From: Thermoplasmata archaeon
GTDB taxonomy: Archaea > Thermoplasmatota > Thermoplasmata > Lutacidiplasmatales > SKW197
NCBI GenBank assembly: GCA_049970095.1
Contig: JBMFNP010000001.1
Coordinates: 18,912 to 82,911, forward strand
Length of the DNA stretch: 64,000 nt
Reading direction: 5' to 3'
The notes below the pieces were generated by a model that was given only the letters and a program-made list of their open reading frames with translations, was not told the DNA's origin and ran no database searches. Both the position numbers and the translations under genes were made by a program. Of this stretch, positions 17,736 to 28,409 are shown in pieces; position 1 is the stretch's first letter, and the number at the start of each line of letters is the position of its first letter.

Positions 17736-20700
17736 TTAGCGGACGATGGCTCCGCAGTATGGGCACACCACAAATTCGTTGCTGATTTCTTTTCCGCACT
17801 TCGGACATACCTTGCTGAGCGGTTTTTCAGGTGTTTCCATAACTGGTTCCGGTTTCCTTATCACTTTTTTCGGAGGAACAGGTGCCTGTGGTGGCGGTGG
17901 GACTTGTGCCTGCACTTCTGCCGGTGGTGAGGACTTCAAAACTACGGGTTTTGAGCGCGGTGGTGCATATGCTGGAGGTGGCTGGTATTGAGGTTGTGGG
18001 GGTGCATATTGAGGCAGGGGTTGCTGTACTGGTGGTCTATATTCTTCTGCCGGAGGTGCAGTTCTTACTGCTGGCGGTTGTTGTAGCATTGAAGTACCAC
18101 ATCTATAGCACACAGTTGCATATGCTTCATTGATGGCACCGCAACTCGGACATTTAACAGTTGCCCGTTTTGCCTTTTCTTCCTTGTTAAGCCACTGATT
18201 GTATGTCATGTATGTGGGCTGTGTTCTCCACCATCTCCAGAATGCGGCTTCAGAGAAACTTGCACCCATTTCCCTCTTTGCCTGTGCCCTGTACTTCTCA
18301 ACATATGCTTCGTATTGCTGGCGCATTGTTTTCTCATGACTCGTGGCTTCAACTTTCTTGCCAGTGAATGTTGTGCCACATTCTGGGCAAGTCTTGGCAT
18401 TTGCAGGAATCCACGCACCACACTCACTGCATCTTACTGTGCTAGTTTCGAATTCAGCACCGCATTTTGGACATTTTGTAGCATTTTCAGGAATTGGTGC
18501 ACCACATTCTCCACATTCGCCAAGTTTTCCAATACCCATTCTGGAAAGTAATAAAAGTACTACAATTACAACTACAACTATGATTATTATTATCACAATT
18601 ATAAGAATGAGCCACGATGGAATTCCTCCTTGCTGTGGTGCATTGACTTCCACCACATTGGGCACCTCGTAGGAGAGCGGGTTTACATCTGCACCCGCTA
18701 CCTCAAAATCAAGTATGTATTTGCCTGGCTTGTCAAACTTTGCATAAATTACAAACTGTCCATCCGAAGCCACAGTAGCAGGATATCTGGTTACGACATT
18801 TCCAGTGGATGCATCTTTGAGATAGAGAGTAACTCCCATCTGTATATCTAGATTTTCGGGTACCTTTACCTTCCCAACAAAGGTGCAATCTTCTGTTGTG
18901 GAGTATCCATCCGCTTTTATGAATGGCCGTGCATCCCAGTCAAGAGTCAACCTCTCTACGAAAATTGTATTGGAAGCATTCATGCCAGTATTGTTTACCT
19001 TTGCATAAATCGTGTGGCTGGCGTTGAGAAGTTTTGTGGTTACAACCCATGTGAATTCACATACAACCATACCTTTCCCTGGCACCTTCTGAATATTGGT
19101 CTTTCCAAGGAAGTTTGATTTTGTGAGACCATCAAGATAAAAGTCCACAGAAACACTTGAGGAATCAAGATCTCCGTCATTTGTGAGATTTACCCTGCAG
19201 ACAACTGTGGAACCGTACTGGGTTGAAGTGATCGGGGTGTTTTCTGTATCATAGAACCACACCTTACTCGCCATTGAGAGTTTAGCAGCGTACTTTACAT
19301 ATATATTGGTTTTAACTGCCTGTGTAGAGACGCCCTCTGTACATGAAGTTACCTGCACAGACACATTCTGGGAGCCACCTATGCCTGAGGGGATATCCCA
19401 ATTAATGCTTGCCACCGCTGTTGATTTTGCGTTTATTTTTGGAATTGTGGTTGTACCAATCTCACCAGCATCTGTGCTGAACACCACAACTACATTGGAT
19501 GCAAATCCGTTCCCATCGTTATAAATTTCCACACTGATTGTTGTGGAACCATTTTCAGTGGGTTCTGGAGATACAGTTAGGGCGCCAGCATTTATCTGCA
19601 AATCTGGGTATGTGATGATCACGGATTTTGTAGCAGTATTATCCCCCTTGTCTGAGATGGATTCTGTGGGTTCAGATGAAATTATGGATGCGGTGATTGT
19701 GTAATATGTTCCGGATGTGGGTGTCCATGAAACTTTTGCATCTCTCCTCTCTCCAATAGGGATGCTTGAAATGGTGTCTGTACCCAGATCACCGGATGCT
19801 GTACTGAATTTTACTATCACATTTCTTGCATCTCCGTCACCGCTGTTTTTAATTGTTGTGCGCACTTCTGCAGTTTGATTCACATTTACACTTTCGCTTG
19901 GTGCACCATTAACTAGCACAAATAGGAACTCAATTGAAAGAGAGGGTCTTCCTGCGATATTTAGGTTTGTGGAGTATGTGTTATCATTCTCACTCATTTC
20001 TGAAATGCTGTTATCTGGGTCCACTGTCGCATTGATGCTGAATATTCCCGATGCGTCAAAGGTGTATTGATAAACAAGATTCTGGCTTGAACCAGGTGTT
20101 ATGTCTGCAGGTAGAGAATCTCCGATGACAACACCATTTACTTCAAATCTAACAATTACACCCTTTGCCAGGGAAAGCCCATTGTTTTCTACACTCGCAG
20201 TCAGGTTGATAACATCTCCTTTTAGTGGCTGGGCAGGTGTTGTAAACAAATTGGTTATCTTCAAATTCGGAAGGTCAATTGAAATTCCTACGGGCGATGT
20301 TTCAAAGATGTTGTCTTCCTCAACCAAGTCAGGATATGGTGGGAGTGTAATGATTCCACTTCCTCTCTTAGTGTTCTGATAGGTGCAGTTTGCAATATAT
20401 GAGCCTATGAATATACTGTTTGGCAGTGTAGTCACATTAATAACATCAGAAGCCACAGGGTATCTGATTATTCCCGAAGCATCTGAGCGATTTGTTATTC
20501 CGTTTGCTGTAAGATACATTTTTATTAATGGATGTGCGTTGAGATCATTTGCAAGGGCTGCAAGGTTGTACTGGATCATAGAGGAAGAAGGAGTGTATTC
20601 CAGTGATGTGAGCTGGGCATTTTGAATTGGCATCCTATTCTGGTCATACACGGGAATCTTTGCCCAGCGGTATATAATTACCTGACTTGTGTTAAATGTA

Positions 20701-21944
20701 AAAATTGCAGGTGCATATTTCTGGCCATGGCCTGCAGCATCCAGCGGGGGTGTTTCTGCTTCATCAAATCCTACATTGAGAAGTTCCACTCTTGCGGAAT
20801 CGTAGAGCACCAGTTTATTTGATGTACCAAAAGAGAATACATTTGAATCCCAATCTATTGATATATTTGAGTTTATTACGGTCATCTGAGTGCTTCCATA
20901 CAATGTGAAGTTAAATTCATAGGCAGGCCTTACAATAACATCAAATCTTGTTATGGTTATATTTCCAGTAGTTCCATTATGGTTAAACCTGAACCTCAGT
21001 TTTTCCAGTCCCGCCAGTGTGGTTACAGAAAGCGGGATAACATCGCTCACCTGTTCACTAGCATTTGGTGTGAGCGGTAAATCCTCCCATGAAGTTCCTC
21101 CATTGTATGAAACCTCAAAACTTTTTGAACCATTATATTCTGATGTTGTGGTATAATCAATCTGGACAGATACTTTGCTGAGTTTCTCATATGCGATTTC
21201 AGTTGTATCCAACTGAGAGATGTTCAACCACTCCCCAGGATTGAGCTCTACATAACCTGGAAAGTCCTTTGGTGTAATCTGATAATCTACAATGTTTACA
21301 TTCTCATAGTATTTTTCAATTTTAGAATCTGCAATATATATCTTGGAGTTTATCGCAGTAATTACTGGTGCATCGTCATTGTCGTCTGTTTTTGCAGCAT
21401 CATTTGCCCATACAGAAGGCATTTCAGAAAGTCCTGTGATTGTGGATTCGTTCATGTACACTTCTGCTCCGTTAAGGTAGAGATATCCTGGAAACGAAAG
21501 TCTGGAATTTTTCATCACAATCTTTCCACCATTGCAGGTTAGATTGAATTTAAGATAGGGATTCACCATCATTACCGAGACGGTGATTGCACTGTCTTCC
21601 AGATATAGAATTCCACCCGAATTCACTACGAGGGTGTACTTTTTCTTTGGAGAATATGGATACACCCCACCGTCCTGAAGAAACTGAATTTCAATTCCTT
21701 TAACTGTCAGATTTCCACCAGAGTTTATTGTAATGTTTCCATCCATGCCTAAAATACCACTGGGTGCAGTTGAACGATCCAGTATTACAGTTGTATCCAC
21801 GACTAAATCATTTACAGAACTTTTGTTGCTTCCAGATTCGCTTGCCAGTATGCTCATGGAAAGCGGTAATGTGAGCAGCAATCCTATACACATTGCCCAA
21901 ACCATTTGCTCAGCTTGCTTTTTTGAATGCATCATACTTATCAT
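17736..21944 (-). CDS. giant type-I membrane surface protein: signal peptide, CARDB/beta-helix-like ectodomain, single TM, cytoplasmic tail with four double-zinc-ribbon motifs and Pro/Gln-rich linker
   Basis: 1402 aa. It has an N-terminal signal (…CIGLLLTLPLSMSILASESG) and CARDB-like repeats (e.g. LKGDVINLTASVENNGLSLAKGVIVRFEVNG). A TM helix IPSWLILIIVIIIIIVVVVIVVLLLL is followed by CGECGAPIPENATKCPKCG…CSECGAWIPANAKTCPECG…CPSCGAINEAYATVCYRCG…CPKCGKEISNEFVVCPYCG and a PPVQQPLPQYAPPQPQYQPPPAYAPP stretch. Confidence 0.8.
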   Translation of the reverse strand: MISMMHSKKQAEQMVWAMCIGLLLTLPLSMSILASESGSNKSSVNDLVVDTTVILDRSTAPSGILGMDGNITINSGGNLTVKGIEIQFLQDGGVYPYSPKKKYTLVVNSGGILYLEDSAITVSVMMVNPYLKFNLTCNGGKIVMKNSRLSFPGYLYLNGAEVYMNESTITGLSEMPSVWANDAAKTDDNDDAPVITAINSKIYIADSKIEKYYENVNIVDYQITPKDFPGYVELNPGEWLNISQLDTTEIAYEKLSKVSVQIDYTTTSEYNGSKSFEVSYNGGTSWEDLPLTPNASEQVSDVIPLSVTTLAGLEKLRFRFNHNGTTGNITITRFDVIVRPAYEFNFTLYGSTQMTVINSNISIDWDSNVFSFGTSNKLVLYDSARVELLNVGFDEAETPPLDAAGHGQKYAPAIFTFNTSQVIIYRWAKIPVYDQNRMPIQNAQLTSLEYTPSSSMIQYNLAALANDLNAHPLIKMYLTANGITNRSDASGIIRYPVASDVINVTTLPNSIFIGSYIANCTYQNTKRGSGIITLPPYPDLVEEDNIFETSPVGISIDLPNLKITNLFTTPAQPLKGDVINLTASVENNGLSLAKGVIVRFEVNGVVIGDSLPADITPGSSQNLVYQYTFDASGIFSINATVDPDNSISEMSENDNTYSTNLNIAGRPSLSIEFLFVLVNGAPSESVNVNQTAEVRTTIKNSGDGDARNVIVKFSTASGDLGTDTISSIPIGERRDAKVSWTPTSGTYYTITASIISSEPTESISDKGDNTATKSVIITYPDLQINAGALTVSPEPTENGSTTISVEIYNDGNGFASNVVVVFSTDAGEIGTTTIPKINAKSTAVASINWDIPSGIGGSQNVSVQVTSCTEGVSTQAVKTNIYVKYAAKLSMASKVWFYDTENTPITSTQYGSTVVCRVNLTNDGDLDSSSVSVDFYLDGLTKSNFLGKTNIQKVPGKGMVVCEFTWVVTTKLLNASHTIYAKVNNTGMNASNTIFVERLTLDWDARPFIKADGYSTTEDCTFVGKVKVPENLDIQMGVTLYLKDASTGNVVTRYPATVASDGQFVIYAKFDKPGKYILDFEVAGADVNPLSYEVPNVVEVNAPQQGGIPSWLILIIVIIIIIVVVVIVVLLLLSRMGIGKLGECGECGAPIPENATKCPKCGAEFETSTVRCSECGAWIPANAKTCPECGTTFTGKKVEATSHEKTMRQQYEAYVEKYRAQAKREMGASFSEAAFWRWWRTQPTYMTYNQWLNKEEKAKRATVKCPSCGAINEAYATVCYRCGTSMLQQPPAVRTAPPAEEYRPPVQQPLPQYAPPQPQYQPPPAYAPPRSKPVVLKSSPPAEVQAQVPPPPQAPVPPKKVIRKPEPVMETPEKPLSKVCPKCGKEISNEFVVCPYCGAIVR

Positions 21945-22070
21945 CCCTCTGTCTTTGTTTTTTCTCCTATATGTGTATTCTATATATATACCTTTGGCAT
22001 CACATTGCTACTTGTAGGCTTAGGGGGTATGCCAAAATGCATATATCTTTAGAGAACTTAATCCATCTGA

Positions 22071-23015
22071 ATGGAACAAATAGGGGCTCATTTGAAGGCA
22101 AAGTTGCTAGTTAGTGGTACGGTGGATGTTAAGGTAAGATTGCCAGTGGGTTATGTGTGCAGAGATGCAGCAGGACCACATGGCAACAGAAAGAGTGTGT
22201 TTGTTAAGATTGGAAACCATAAAGTGAAATTGGGCGTGGGTAGATCAAACTATTCTATTGTGTCCCGTGGAAAAGAATACTATCTTTTAGAATCAGGAAG
22301 AGAGGTCTGCAGGGTAGAATTCTTGAAGCCGGTTTTCCATGCACCGGAAATGGCATTTTTCAATCTTGTGCCATACTGTGATTACGATTGTGCATTTTGC
22401 AATTTGCCACATGGAAAACAGAAGGAAGTTCCGAGTGTGCGGTATATTGAGCTTATCAGGGGAAACATTGACAAAATCAAGAGCATCGCTGTTACATCTG
22501 GCGTTAGCAATGTAGAAACATGCGTGAAACTTACTGGCAAATTTTTAACAGAAGTAAAGCAGTTTGCACTCCCAGTTGGTGTGGAGCCCTTTGTGAGTAT
22601 GCACTTTCAAATAGACTATCTAAAAAGTTGTGGTGCAGATGAAATCAAGATAAACCTTCACTCTTTTGATCCAAATGTGCTTGAAAAATATTGCCCAGCA
22701 TTTAAAAGGAACACTTTCTCACTTCTGGAACATGCTGTGAAGGTGTTTGGCGATGGAAAGGTGTGCACAAATGTGCTTGTTGGACTGGGTGAAAATATGG
22801 AAAACACAATTGCTGGACTTGAAAAATTAACAGAAATTGGTGTGCTCGCAAATCTGAGGTATGTGCATGGTTTTGCAGGAATGCCCCCAGAAAAACTGCT
22901 TTATTTGGCTAAGGAATATAAGAAAATCCTCATAAATTCAAATCTGAAACCTGTGATGAAAACAATGTGTCTCAGATGCACAGCCTGTGATATCGTGCCC
23001 TTTGTTGACATCTGA
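22071..23015 (+). CDS. radical SAM domain protein (CX3CX2C), function unknown
   Basis: CDYDCAFC motif at about residue 103 of the called ORF. The real start is probably an internal Met (…MAFFNLVPYCDYDCAFC…). A C-terminal Cys pair CLRCTAC is present. Confidence 0.65.
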   Translation: MEQIGAHLKAKLLVSGTVDVKVRLPVGYVCRDAAGPHGNRKSVFVKIGNHKVKLGVGRSNYSIVSRGKEYYLLESGREVCRVEFLKPVFHAPEMAFFNLVPYCDYDCAFCNLPHGKQKEVPSVRYIELIRGNIDKIKSIAVTSGVSNVETCVKLTGKFLTEVKQFALPVGVEPFVSMHFQIDYLKSCGADEIKINLHSFDPNVLEKYCPAFKRNTFSLLEHAVKVFGDGKVCTNVLVGLGENMENTIAGLEKLTEIGVLANLRYVHGFAGMPPEKLLYLAKEYKKILINSNLKPVMKTMCLRCTACDIVPFVDI

Positions 23016-23016
23016 T

Positions 23017-24138
23017 TCAATCTCTTAGCATGTATTTCTCCACAATATCCCTTGCTTTCTCTCTTTTTTCCTGGTGCCTCTTTAGAAATTCCAAAACTCT
23101 TTCCGTTAGTTCTATCTTACATTCACCGCAAAGAATTTTTCCGCTGCGACAGTTTTCCTCCCGTTCCCTGAGTTTCTCGTCTATGCTTTCAAACATGAAC
23201 TGGTAGTATGCAAACACAGAGCACACATCTGGCCTACCTCCATATTTCCGCTGCTCCTCAACAGAAACTGCACCACCAGTAAATGCGTTCATGATTTTCT
23301 TTTTTGCAATTTTTGGAGTATCTGTAGTGAATACTGAGGTTTCTGGCATGGAAGCAGACATTTTTGTTTCTGCACTCTGAAGCGAGGGAAAAAGTTTACA
23401 GTGCAGAAGTGAGGGTTTCGGAAAATTGAGTTTGGGCGCAACATCCCTGCAAATGCGAAAATGGGGATCCTGGTCTATACCACATGGTATTAGTACTGGA
23501 GTCTCTTTCTCTTCCATCAATGTTGGCAAAAATGCAGGAGCTGACTGAAGCGCTGTGTAGAAAATTTCACCAATGTTGTTGCTGTTTTCCATACCAAACA
23601 CTGCTTTTACAGTGGAAAAAGTAATTTTTTTTGCTACCTTTGCAGCGATTGGGTAAAGGGTTTTGATGTATTCGGTATCTAAGAAAATTTTTGTCTTTTC
23701 AGGTGTGAAACCGAGGGCAATTATGTCTAGAATATTTTCGTATGCCATTTTTTTTGTCTCTTCCAGAGTGAGTTCCTCTTTGAAATAGAATTTTTCATCA
23801 TCCGTCAATTGAAAGAGAAGAGTTGCTCCAGTTCTGTCCTGAATATACTTTGTGAAAATCCATGGAAGAATATGCCCTAAATGTGTGTTTCCCGAAGGAC
23901 CTCGTCCTGTGTATAGATAGAATTTCTTATTGTTTTCCAGAGCATCAAGAATAAGATTAAAATCGCGGTGTGAGAAAAAGATGTTTCTCCTTAGAAAAGT
24001 GTGGAGTTCACCAAAGTCCTTTTTTATCCTTTCCTTCAAGGCATCATCGATAACTGTGGTTCCAAATTCCTGAATTAATCGGTCATAGTCCACTTTGCCT
24101 TCAACTTCCCAGGGCGTCACTTTGAAACTTTCAGCCAT
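23017..24138 (-). CDS. trpS: tryptophan--tRNA ligase (archaeal/eukaryotic type)
   Basis: Class I aaRS with HIGH-type motif GPSGNTHLGH and KMSAS, the TrpRS variant of KMSKS. 373 aa. Confidence 0.8.
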   Translation of the reverse strand: MAESFKVTPWEVEGKVDYDRLIQEFGTTVIDDALKERIKKDFGELHTFLRRNIFFSHRDFNLILDALENNKKFYLYTGRGPSGNTHLGHILPWIFTKYIQDRTGATLLFQLTDDEKFYFKEELTLEETKKMAYENILDIIALGFTPEKTKIFLDTEYIKTLYPIAAKVAKKITFSTVKAVFGMENSNNIGEIFYTALQSAPAFLPTLMEEKETPVLIPCGIDQDPHFRICRDVAPKLNFPKPSLLHCKLFPSLQSAETKMSASMPETSVFTTDTPKIAKKKIMNAFTGGAVSVEEQRKYGGRPDVCSVFAYYQFMFESIDEKLREREENCRSGKILCGECKIELTERVLEFLKRHQEKREKARDIVEKYMLRD

Positions 24139-24153
24139 GTGTACAAAGAATAC

Positions 24154-25392
24154 TCAGTGGTTGTTAAATTTTTCTGCAACTGTGGATGGTGAGATTAAAT
24201 CAAAAATTCTTTCTGCAATTTCTTCTTTTGTCCCTTTAATTTTCTGGTGTTTTCCATTTCTGTCTAAAACAAGAACCTCTCCGCTATCAGCACCTACATT
24301 CCTCAATTGATTTGCACACACATAATCTATTTTATTCTTAATCAATGCGTCATATGCTTTATTTGCCAGAATTTCTTCATTTTCAGTAGCCTCTGCCTTA
24401 AAGCCCACAATTATTGCATCGCTCTGTTTTCGCAATTCTATTATAACCTTCGGCAGGGGTTTGAGAGTAATTTCTAGCGTGCGATCAGAAGGGATTTTGC
24501 CTTTTTTCATATCTACTCCGAAATCAGAGAGGGCAGCAGGCACAAAGATATACTGAAAATCTTGAATTCTTAATTTTCCCAGTTTCTCCATGAGGTCTTC
24601 AACAGTGTGAAATCTTGTCACAGGAATATATGGAGGAACCTGGACTTCCATTCTGCCTGCGAGCATCTCTACATCTCCACCACGCTCAAATGCAGTTTTT
24701 GCAATTGCCATACTCATTTTACCAGTAGAAAGGTTTGTTATTACTCGCATCTCGTCAAGTGGCTCATAGGATGCCCCACCAATCACGAGGATTTTTTTTC
24801 CGAGATAGTCCCGTTTTCCGAGTATTCTTATCACCCATTCAACAATTTCCTCAATTTCTGGGAATTTTGCCTTTGACTCAGCAATTTTGGGGTTTATAAA
24901 GAGTACTCCTAATTTCTCCAGTTTTTTGATATTTTCCTGGAGCACTGTATGTCTGTACATCGTTTCATGCATTGCGGGTACAATCATCACAGGGATCCCA
25001 GTACCTATGGCAGTTGTAGCAAATGTGGTAACTGGCGTATCATCTATTCCTGATGCAATTTTTGAGATTGTATTGGCAGTTGCGGGTGCTATCAGGAGGA
25101 GGTCAGCACGCGTTTCTCTTGCACCGCAGTACTTCACATGTTCTACCTCACCAGATATTTCTGTAATTACCTTTTCACCTGAAGCAAAATGGAGGGCTTT
25201 TTCACCGATGATTTCCTGGGCACTTTTTGTCATTACTGGGATCACGGTGGCGCCGTGTCTTATCAGTTCTCTCACAAGTTTTACGGTTTCTACCGCAGCG
25301 ATACTTCCAGTAACTCCAAGTATAATCTTCTTACCCGAAAGTTTCTTTGATTTTGTTTCCAGTATGTCTTTTGCGGGATGCAAATCCCTCAC
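24154..25392 (-). CDS. coaBC: bifunctional phosphopantothenoylcysteine decarboxylase / phosphopantothenate--cysteine ligase
   Basis: 412 aa. N-terminal flavoprotein domain (KIILGVTGSIAAVETVKLVRELIRHGATVIPVMTKSA) followed by a CoaB-type ligase domain. Confidence 0.85.
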   Translation of the reverse strand: MRDLHPAKDILETKSKKLSGKKIILGVTGSIAAVETVKLVRELIRHGATVIPVMTKSAQEIIGEKALHFASGEKVITEISGEVEHVKYCGARETRADLLLIAPATANTISKIASGIDDTPVTTFATTAIGTGIPVMIVPAMHETMYRHTVLQENIKKLEKLGVLFINPKIAESKAKFPEIEEIVEWVIRILGKRDYLGKKILVIGGASYEPLDEMRVITNLSTGKMSMAIAKTAFERGGDVEMLAGRMEVQVPPYIPVTRFHTVEDLMEKLGKLRIQDFQYIFVPAALSDFGVDMKKGKIPSDRTLEITLKPLPKVIIELRKQSDAIIVGFKAEATENEEILANKAYDALIKNKIDYVCANQLRNVGADSGEVLVLDRNGKHQKIKGTKEEIAERIFDLISPSTVAEKFNNH

Positions 25393-26474
25393 TCCGGTGC
25401 GAATCTAACGGCAATTTTCTTATACATTTCAGAGGCTTTCAGCACATCCTCCAGTTTCACATATTCGTTTACATGATGAGAAACCTCTTCGTCTCCACAG
25501 CCGAAAAGCACTACATTTCTATTCACCTCGTAATACTTTACGAGCTCTGATGTGTACTTCAGCCCGACAAGCTGGGTTTTTGCAATTTCCAGTGTAGCAG
25601 TTATTACTTCGGATTTAGGATCTATTTCAATTGCTGGAAGTTCAAATGTTTTGTTAAGTACAAAATCTTTTTTTGCACTATGCATGTGTTTGCTTAATGC
25701 CTCGTAGATGCTTTTTACAGTGTGAGGGGGAGGAAACCGCACATCAATCATTGCATTGCATCTGTCAGCTACAACATTCACCTTCTCTCCACCATTAATC
25801 ATGCCTATGTTTATAGTCACACCACCGAGCTGTGGATGGTCTACTGTATCTTTGAAGGTTTCAAGAGTTCTTAACACTTTCATCATTTTCAATATTGCAT
25901 TTTCGCCCAGATGTGGCATTGCACCATGTGCAGCCTTTCCAAAGGTTTCTACCTGCAGGAACATGAGCCCTTTCTCTGCATAACCCACATTCAGGTTTGT
26001 GGGTTCCCCAATCACAATAATGGGTGCGTTTCTTATGGCTTTTGCCCTGGAAAGCGAAGAAGCTCCCCGCATTGTAGTCTCTTCATCAGTGGTCAGCGCA
26101 ATGGAGAAAGGAATTTTGCGCTTTACCAGTTCACTTGCGGCATTTAGCATTGCAGTGACCGAACCCTTCATGTCTGCAGCACCTCGCCCATATATTTTTC
26201 CATCTGCTGTCTGTGCCTGTGCGTATGTCCAGAATTCTCCAATCGGGCATGTATCCAGATGCCCTGCAAAAACAGCACCACCCTCACCAAACTCAGCCAG
26301 AATTGCGGGTGAGCTGTCATCCCCGTACTCCGTAATTTTCATGTTCAGGGGTTTCAGGTAATCCACAACATACCTAACAATATCCGCTTTCTCTTCTTCA
26401 AGATATGACTTGAATTTAATCAGGTCTGCCAGAGTCTCAGTAATTTGTTTTCTCATGCTTGACCAATAATACAA
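25389..26474 (-). CDS. M20-family metallopeptidase/deacylase (ArgE/DapE/LysK-like)
   Basis: 361 aa with AGHLDTCP and GRGAADMKGS motifs typical of the ArgE/DapE family. It overlaps coaBC by 4 nt, so they are probably co-transcribed. Confidence 0.8.
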   Translation of the reverse strand: MYYWSSMRKQITETLADLIKFKSYLEEEKADIVRYVVDYLKPLNMKITEYGDDSSPAILAEFGEGGAVFAGHLDTCPIGEFWTYAQAQTADGKIYGRGAADMKGSVTAMLNAASELVKRKIPFSIALTTDEETTMRGASSLSRAKAIRNAPIIVIGEPTNLNVGYAEKGLMFLQVETFGKAAHGAMPHLGENAILKMMKVLRTLETFKDTVDHPQLGGVTINIGMINGGEKVNVVADRCNAMIDVRFPPPHTVKSIYEALSKHMHSAKKDFVLNKTFELPAIEIDPKSEVITATLEIAKTQLVGLKYTSELVKYYEVNRNVVLFGCGDEEVSHHVNEYVKLEDVLKASEMYKKIAVRFAPE

Positions 26475-26572
26475 GTAGTTAATTAAAACTTTTGAAGGGT
26501 GCGGGGAGGCGATTTAAACTGAAAAATTTGGAAACAGTTAACCTAATATAATTTTCCTCTATTCTTTTATTT

Positions 26573-27910
26573 ATGAAAGCAAAGGTCCTGGTTATTGGTG
26601 GCGGAGGCAGGGAACACGCAATTGCAAGGGCACTTGTGTCCTCCGGTGCAAGGATCTATACTGTGATGCGGAACAGGAACCCTGGGATTTCAAGGATTTC
26701 TGAAAAAATAAAAGTGACGAAGGAAACTGAAATTTCTGCAGTGTGTGAATTTGCAAAAGAAAATGGTGTGGATATTGCAGTTTGTGGTCCTGAAGAACCT
26801 CTCGTGAATGGAATTGCAGATGCACTGGAGAAATTGGGAATTCCGTGTGTAGGCCCCCACAGCCGGGCAGCTATGATTGAAGGCTCCAAGATGTTTGCAA
26901 GGGAACTAATGAAAAAACACGCTATACCTGGTGCAGTAAGATTCAGGGTTGTTGGGAACATAGAGGATGCAAGATGTGCATTTGATGAATACGAAAACAA
27001 TTTTGTGATCAAACCCATTGGACTTACTGGCGGTAAAGGCGTAAAGGTGATGGGCGAACATCTGAAGGATGTGGGTGAGGCAATGGCGTATGTAAAGGAG
27101 ATAATTGAAAAAAAGATAGGAAATAGCCAGAATGTGCTCATTGAGGAAAAACTTGAGGGAGAGGAGTTTACATTGCAGGCATTTGTCAATGAAAAGACGG
27201 TGTGTTTTTCTCCGCCAGTTCAGGATCACAAACGGCTCTATGAAGGTGATTGCGGACCAAACACAGGTGGTATGGGCTCATATTCATGCGAGAATTTCCT
27301 GCTGCCCTTTCTTACTGAGGAGGACCTAACAATGGCTAGGGAGATTATAATAAAAACAGTGGCTGCGCTTAAGAAAGAGGGAACACAATACCGCGGTTTT
27401 CTCTATGGACAGTTCATGGTGGCAGCAGATGGTGTGCATGTAATTGAGTTTAACTGCAGGCTAGGTGACCCCGAAGCAATGAATATCCTCACGCTGATAA
27501 CTTCAAATTTTACAGAACTCTGCTATAAGATTGCAAACGGAGAGCATTTGCCAGCACCAGAATTCAAGCGTCTGGCTACAGTCTGCAAGTATGTGGTACC
27601 AGAAGGTTATGGTATAAACCCAAGGAGGGGAGAGGAAATAAGAATTGAGGAAGAAGGAATTCTAAAATCTGGTTGTGTTCCATATTATGCAATGGTTGAT
27701 GAGATAGACGGTAAAATTTATACAACAACATCAAGAAGCGTGGGGATTGTGGGTGCTGCACCCACTTTAAGTGAGGCAGAACAAATTACTGAGAAGGCGC
27801 TGGCGTTTATAAGTGGGAAAGTGTATGTCAGGCATGATATCGGCAAACCAGAAGTGATTGAGAAAAGAATAAATCACATGAAAGCACTGCGCTCTATGCA
27901 CTCTTCGTAA
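26573..27910 (+). CDS. purD: phosphoribosylamine--glycine ligase (GAR synthetase)
   Basis: 445 aa. MKAKVLVIGGGGREHAIARAL… N-terminus and an ATP-grasp core typical of PurD. Confidence 0.9.
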   Translation: MKAKVLVIGGGGREHAIARALVSSGARIYTVMRNRNPGISRISEKIKVTKETEISAVCEFAKENGVDIAVCGPEEPLVNGIADALEKLGIPCVGPHSRAAMIEGSKMFARELMKKHAIPGAVRFRVVGNIEDARCAFDEYENNFVIKPIGLTGGKGVKVMGEHLKDVGEAMAYVKEIIEKKIGNSQNVLIEEKLEGEEFTLQAFVNEKTVCFSPPVQDHKRLYEGDCGPNTGGMGSYSCENFLLPFLTEEDLTMAREIIIKTVAALKKEGTQYRGFLYGQFMVAADGVHVIEFNCRLGDPEAMNILTLITSNFTELCYKIANGEHLPAPEFKRLATVCKYVVPEGYGINPRRGEEIRIEEEGILKSGCVPYYAMVDEIDGKIYTTTSRSVGIVGAAPTLSEAEQITEKALAFISGKVYVRHDIGKPEVIEKRINHMKALRSMHSS

Positions 27911-28373
27911 TTTCTACATATATTCCAACACCAGGATTATATTTGCATGTAAGTGTAAGTGTGTGTAAGCCCCTTCCGAGTTGGAAGGTGTCATTTTTAT
28001 CAGAACACATTCTTACATTCGGGTTTGTGATTATTATTTTTCCTTCCCCTGCGCTTGTAAGCTTATAAATGATGGAAGTAGTTGTGGTTGTTTGGGTGAT
28101 TGGACCCCCAATTTTTATGTACTCAATTTTTGTGAAAAAACCTTCATTAATATGGAGTGTGACTTCGTCAGAACTATTAAGAGTACCGAGATACACCTTT
28201 TTCACGCTGTTTGCAAGTATATTTAGTTCATTTCGGAGTTGTTGTTCTGTGTTGAATTTATCGTATGAAAAAAACGCTCCGAAAATTAAGGGTATGGAAA
28301 TACCTAAAACTACCGCAATTATTGTCAATTGTAAAGGGAGACCTTCTAAACCCTTATAATCCCAGGCAAACAT
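27894..28373 (-). CDS. small secreted/pilin-like protein with class-III-like signal peptide
   Basis: N-terminus …YKG|LEGLPLQLTIIAVVLGISIPLIF (basic residue, Gly, then a hydrophobic stretch). It shares the LEGLPLxLxII motif with its neighbour. Thr-rich. Confidence 0.5.
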   Translation of the reverse strand: MFAWDYKGLEGLPLQLTIIAVVLGISIPLIFGAFFSYDKFNTEQQLRNELNILANSVKKVYLGTLNSSDEVTLHINEGFFTKIEYIKIGGPITQTTTTTSIIYKLTSAGEGKIIITNPNVRMCSDKNDTFQLGRGLHTLTLTCKYNPGVGIYVEITKSA

Positions 28374-28409
28374 ACAAAAACCAAAATAAAAAAAGAGTTA
28401 AATAACTTT

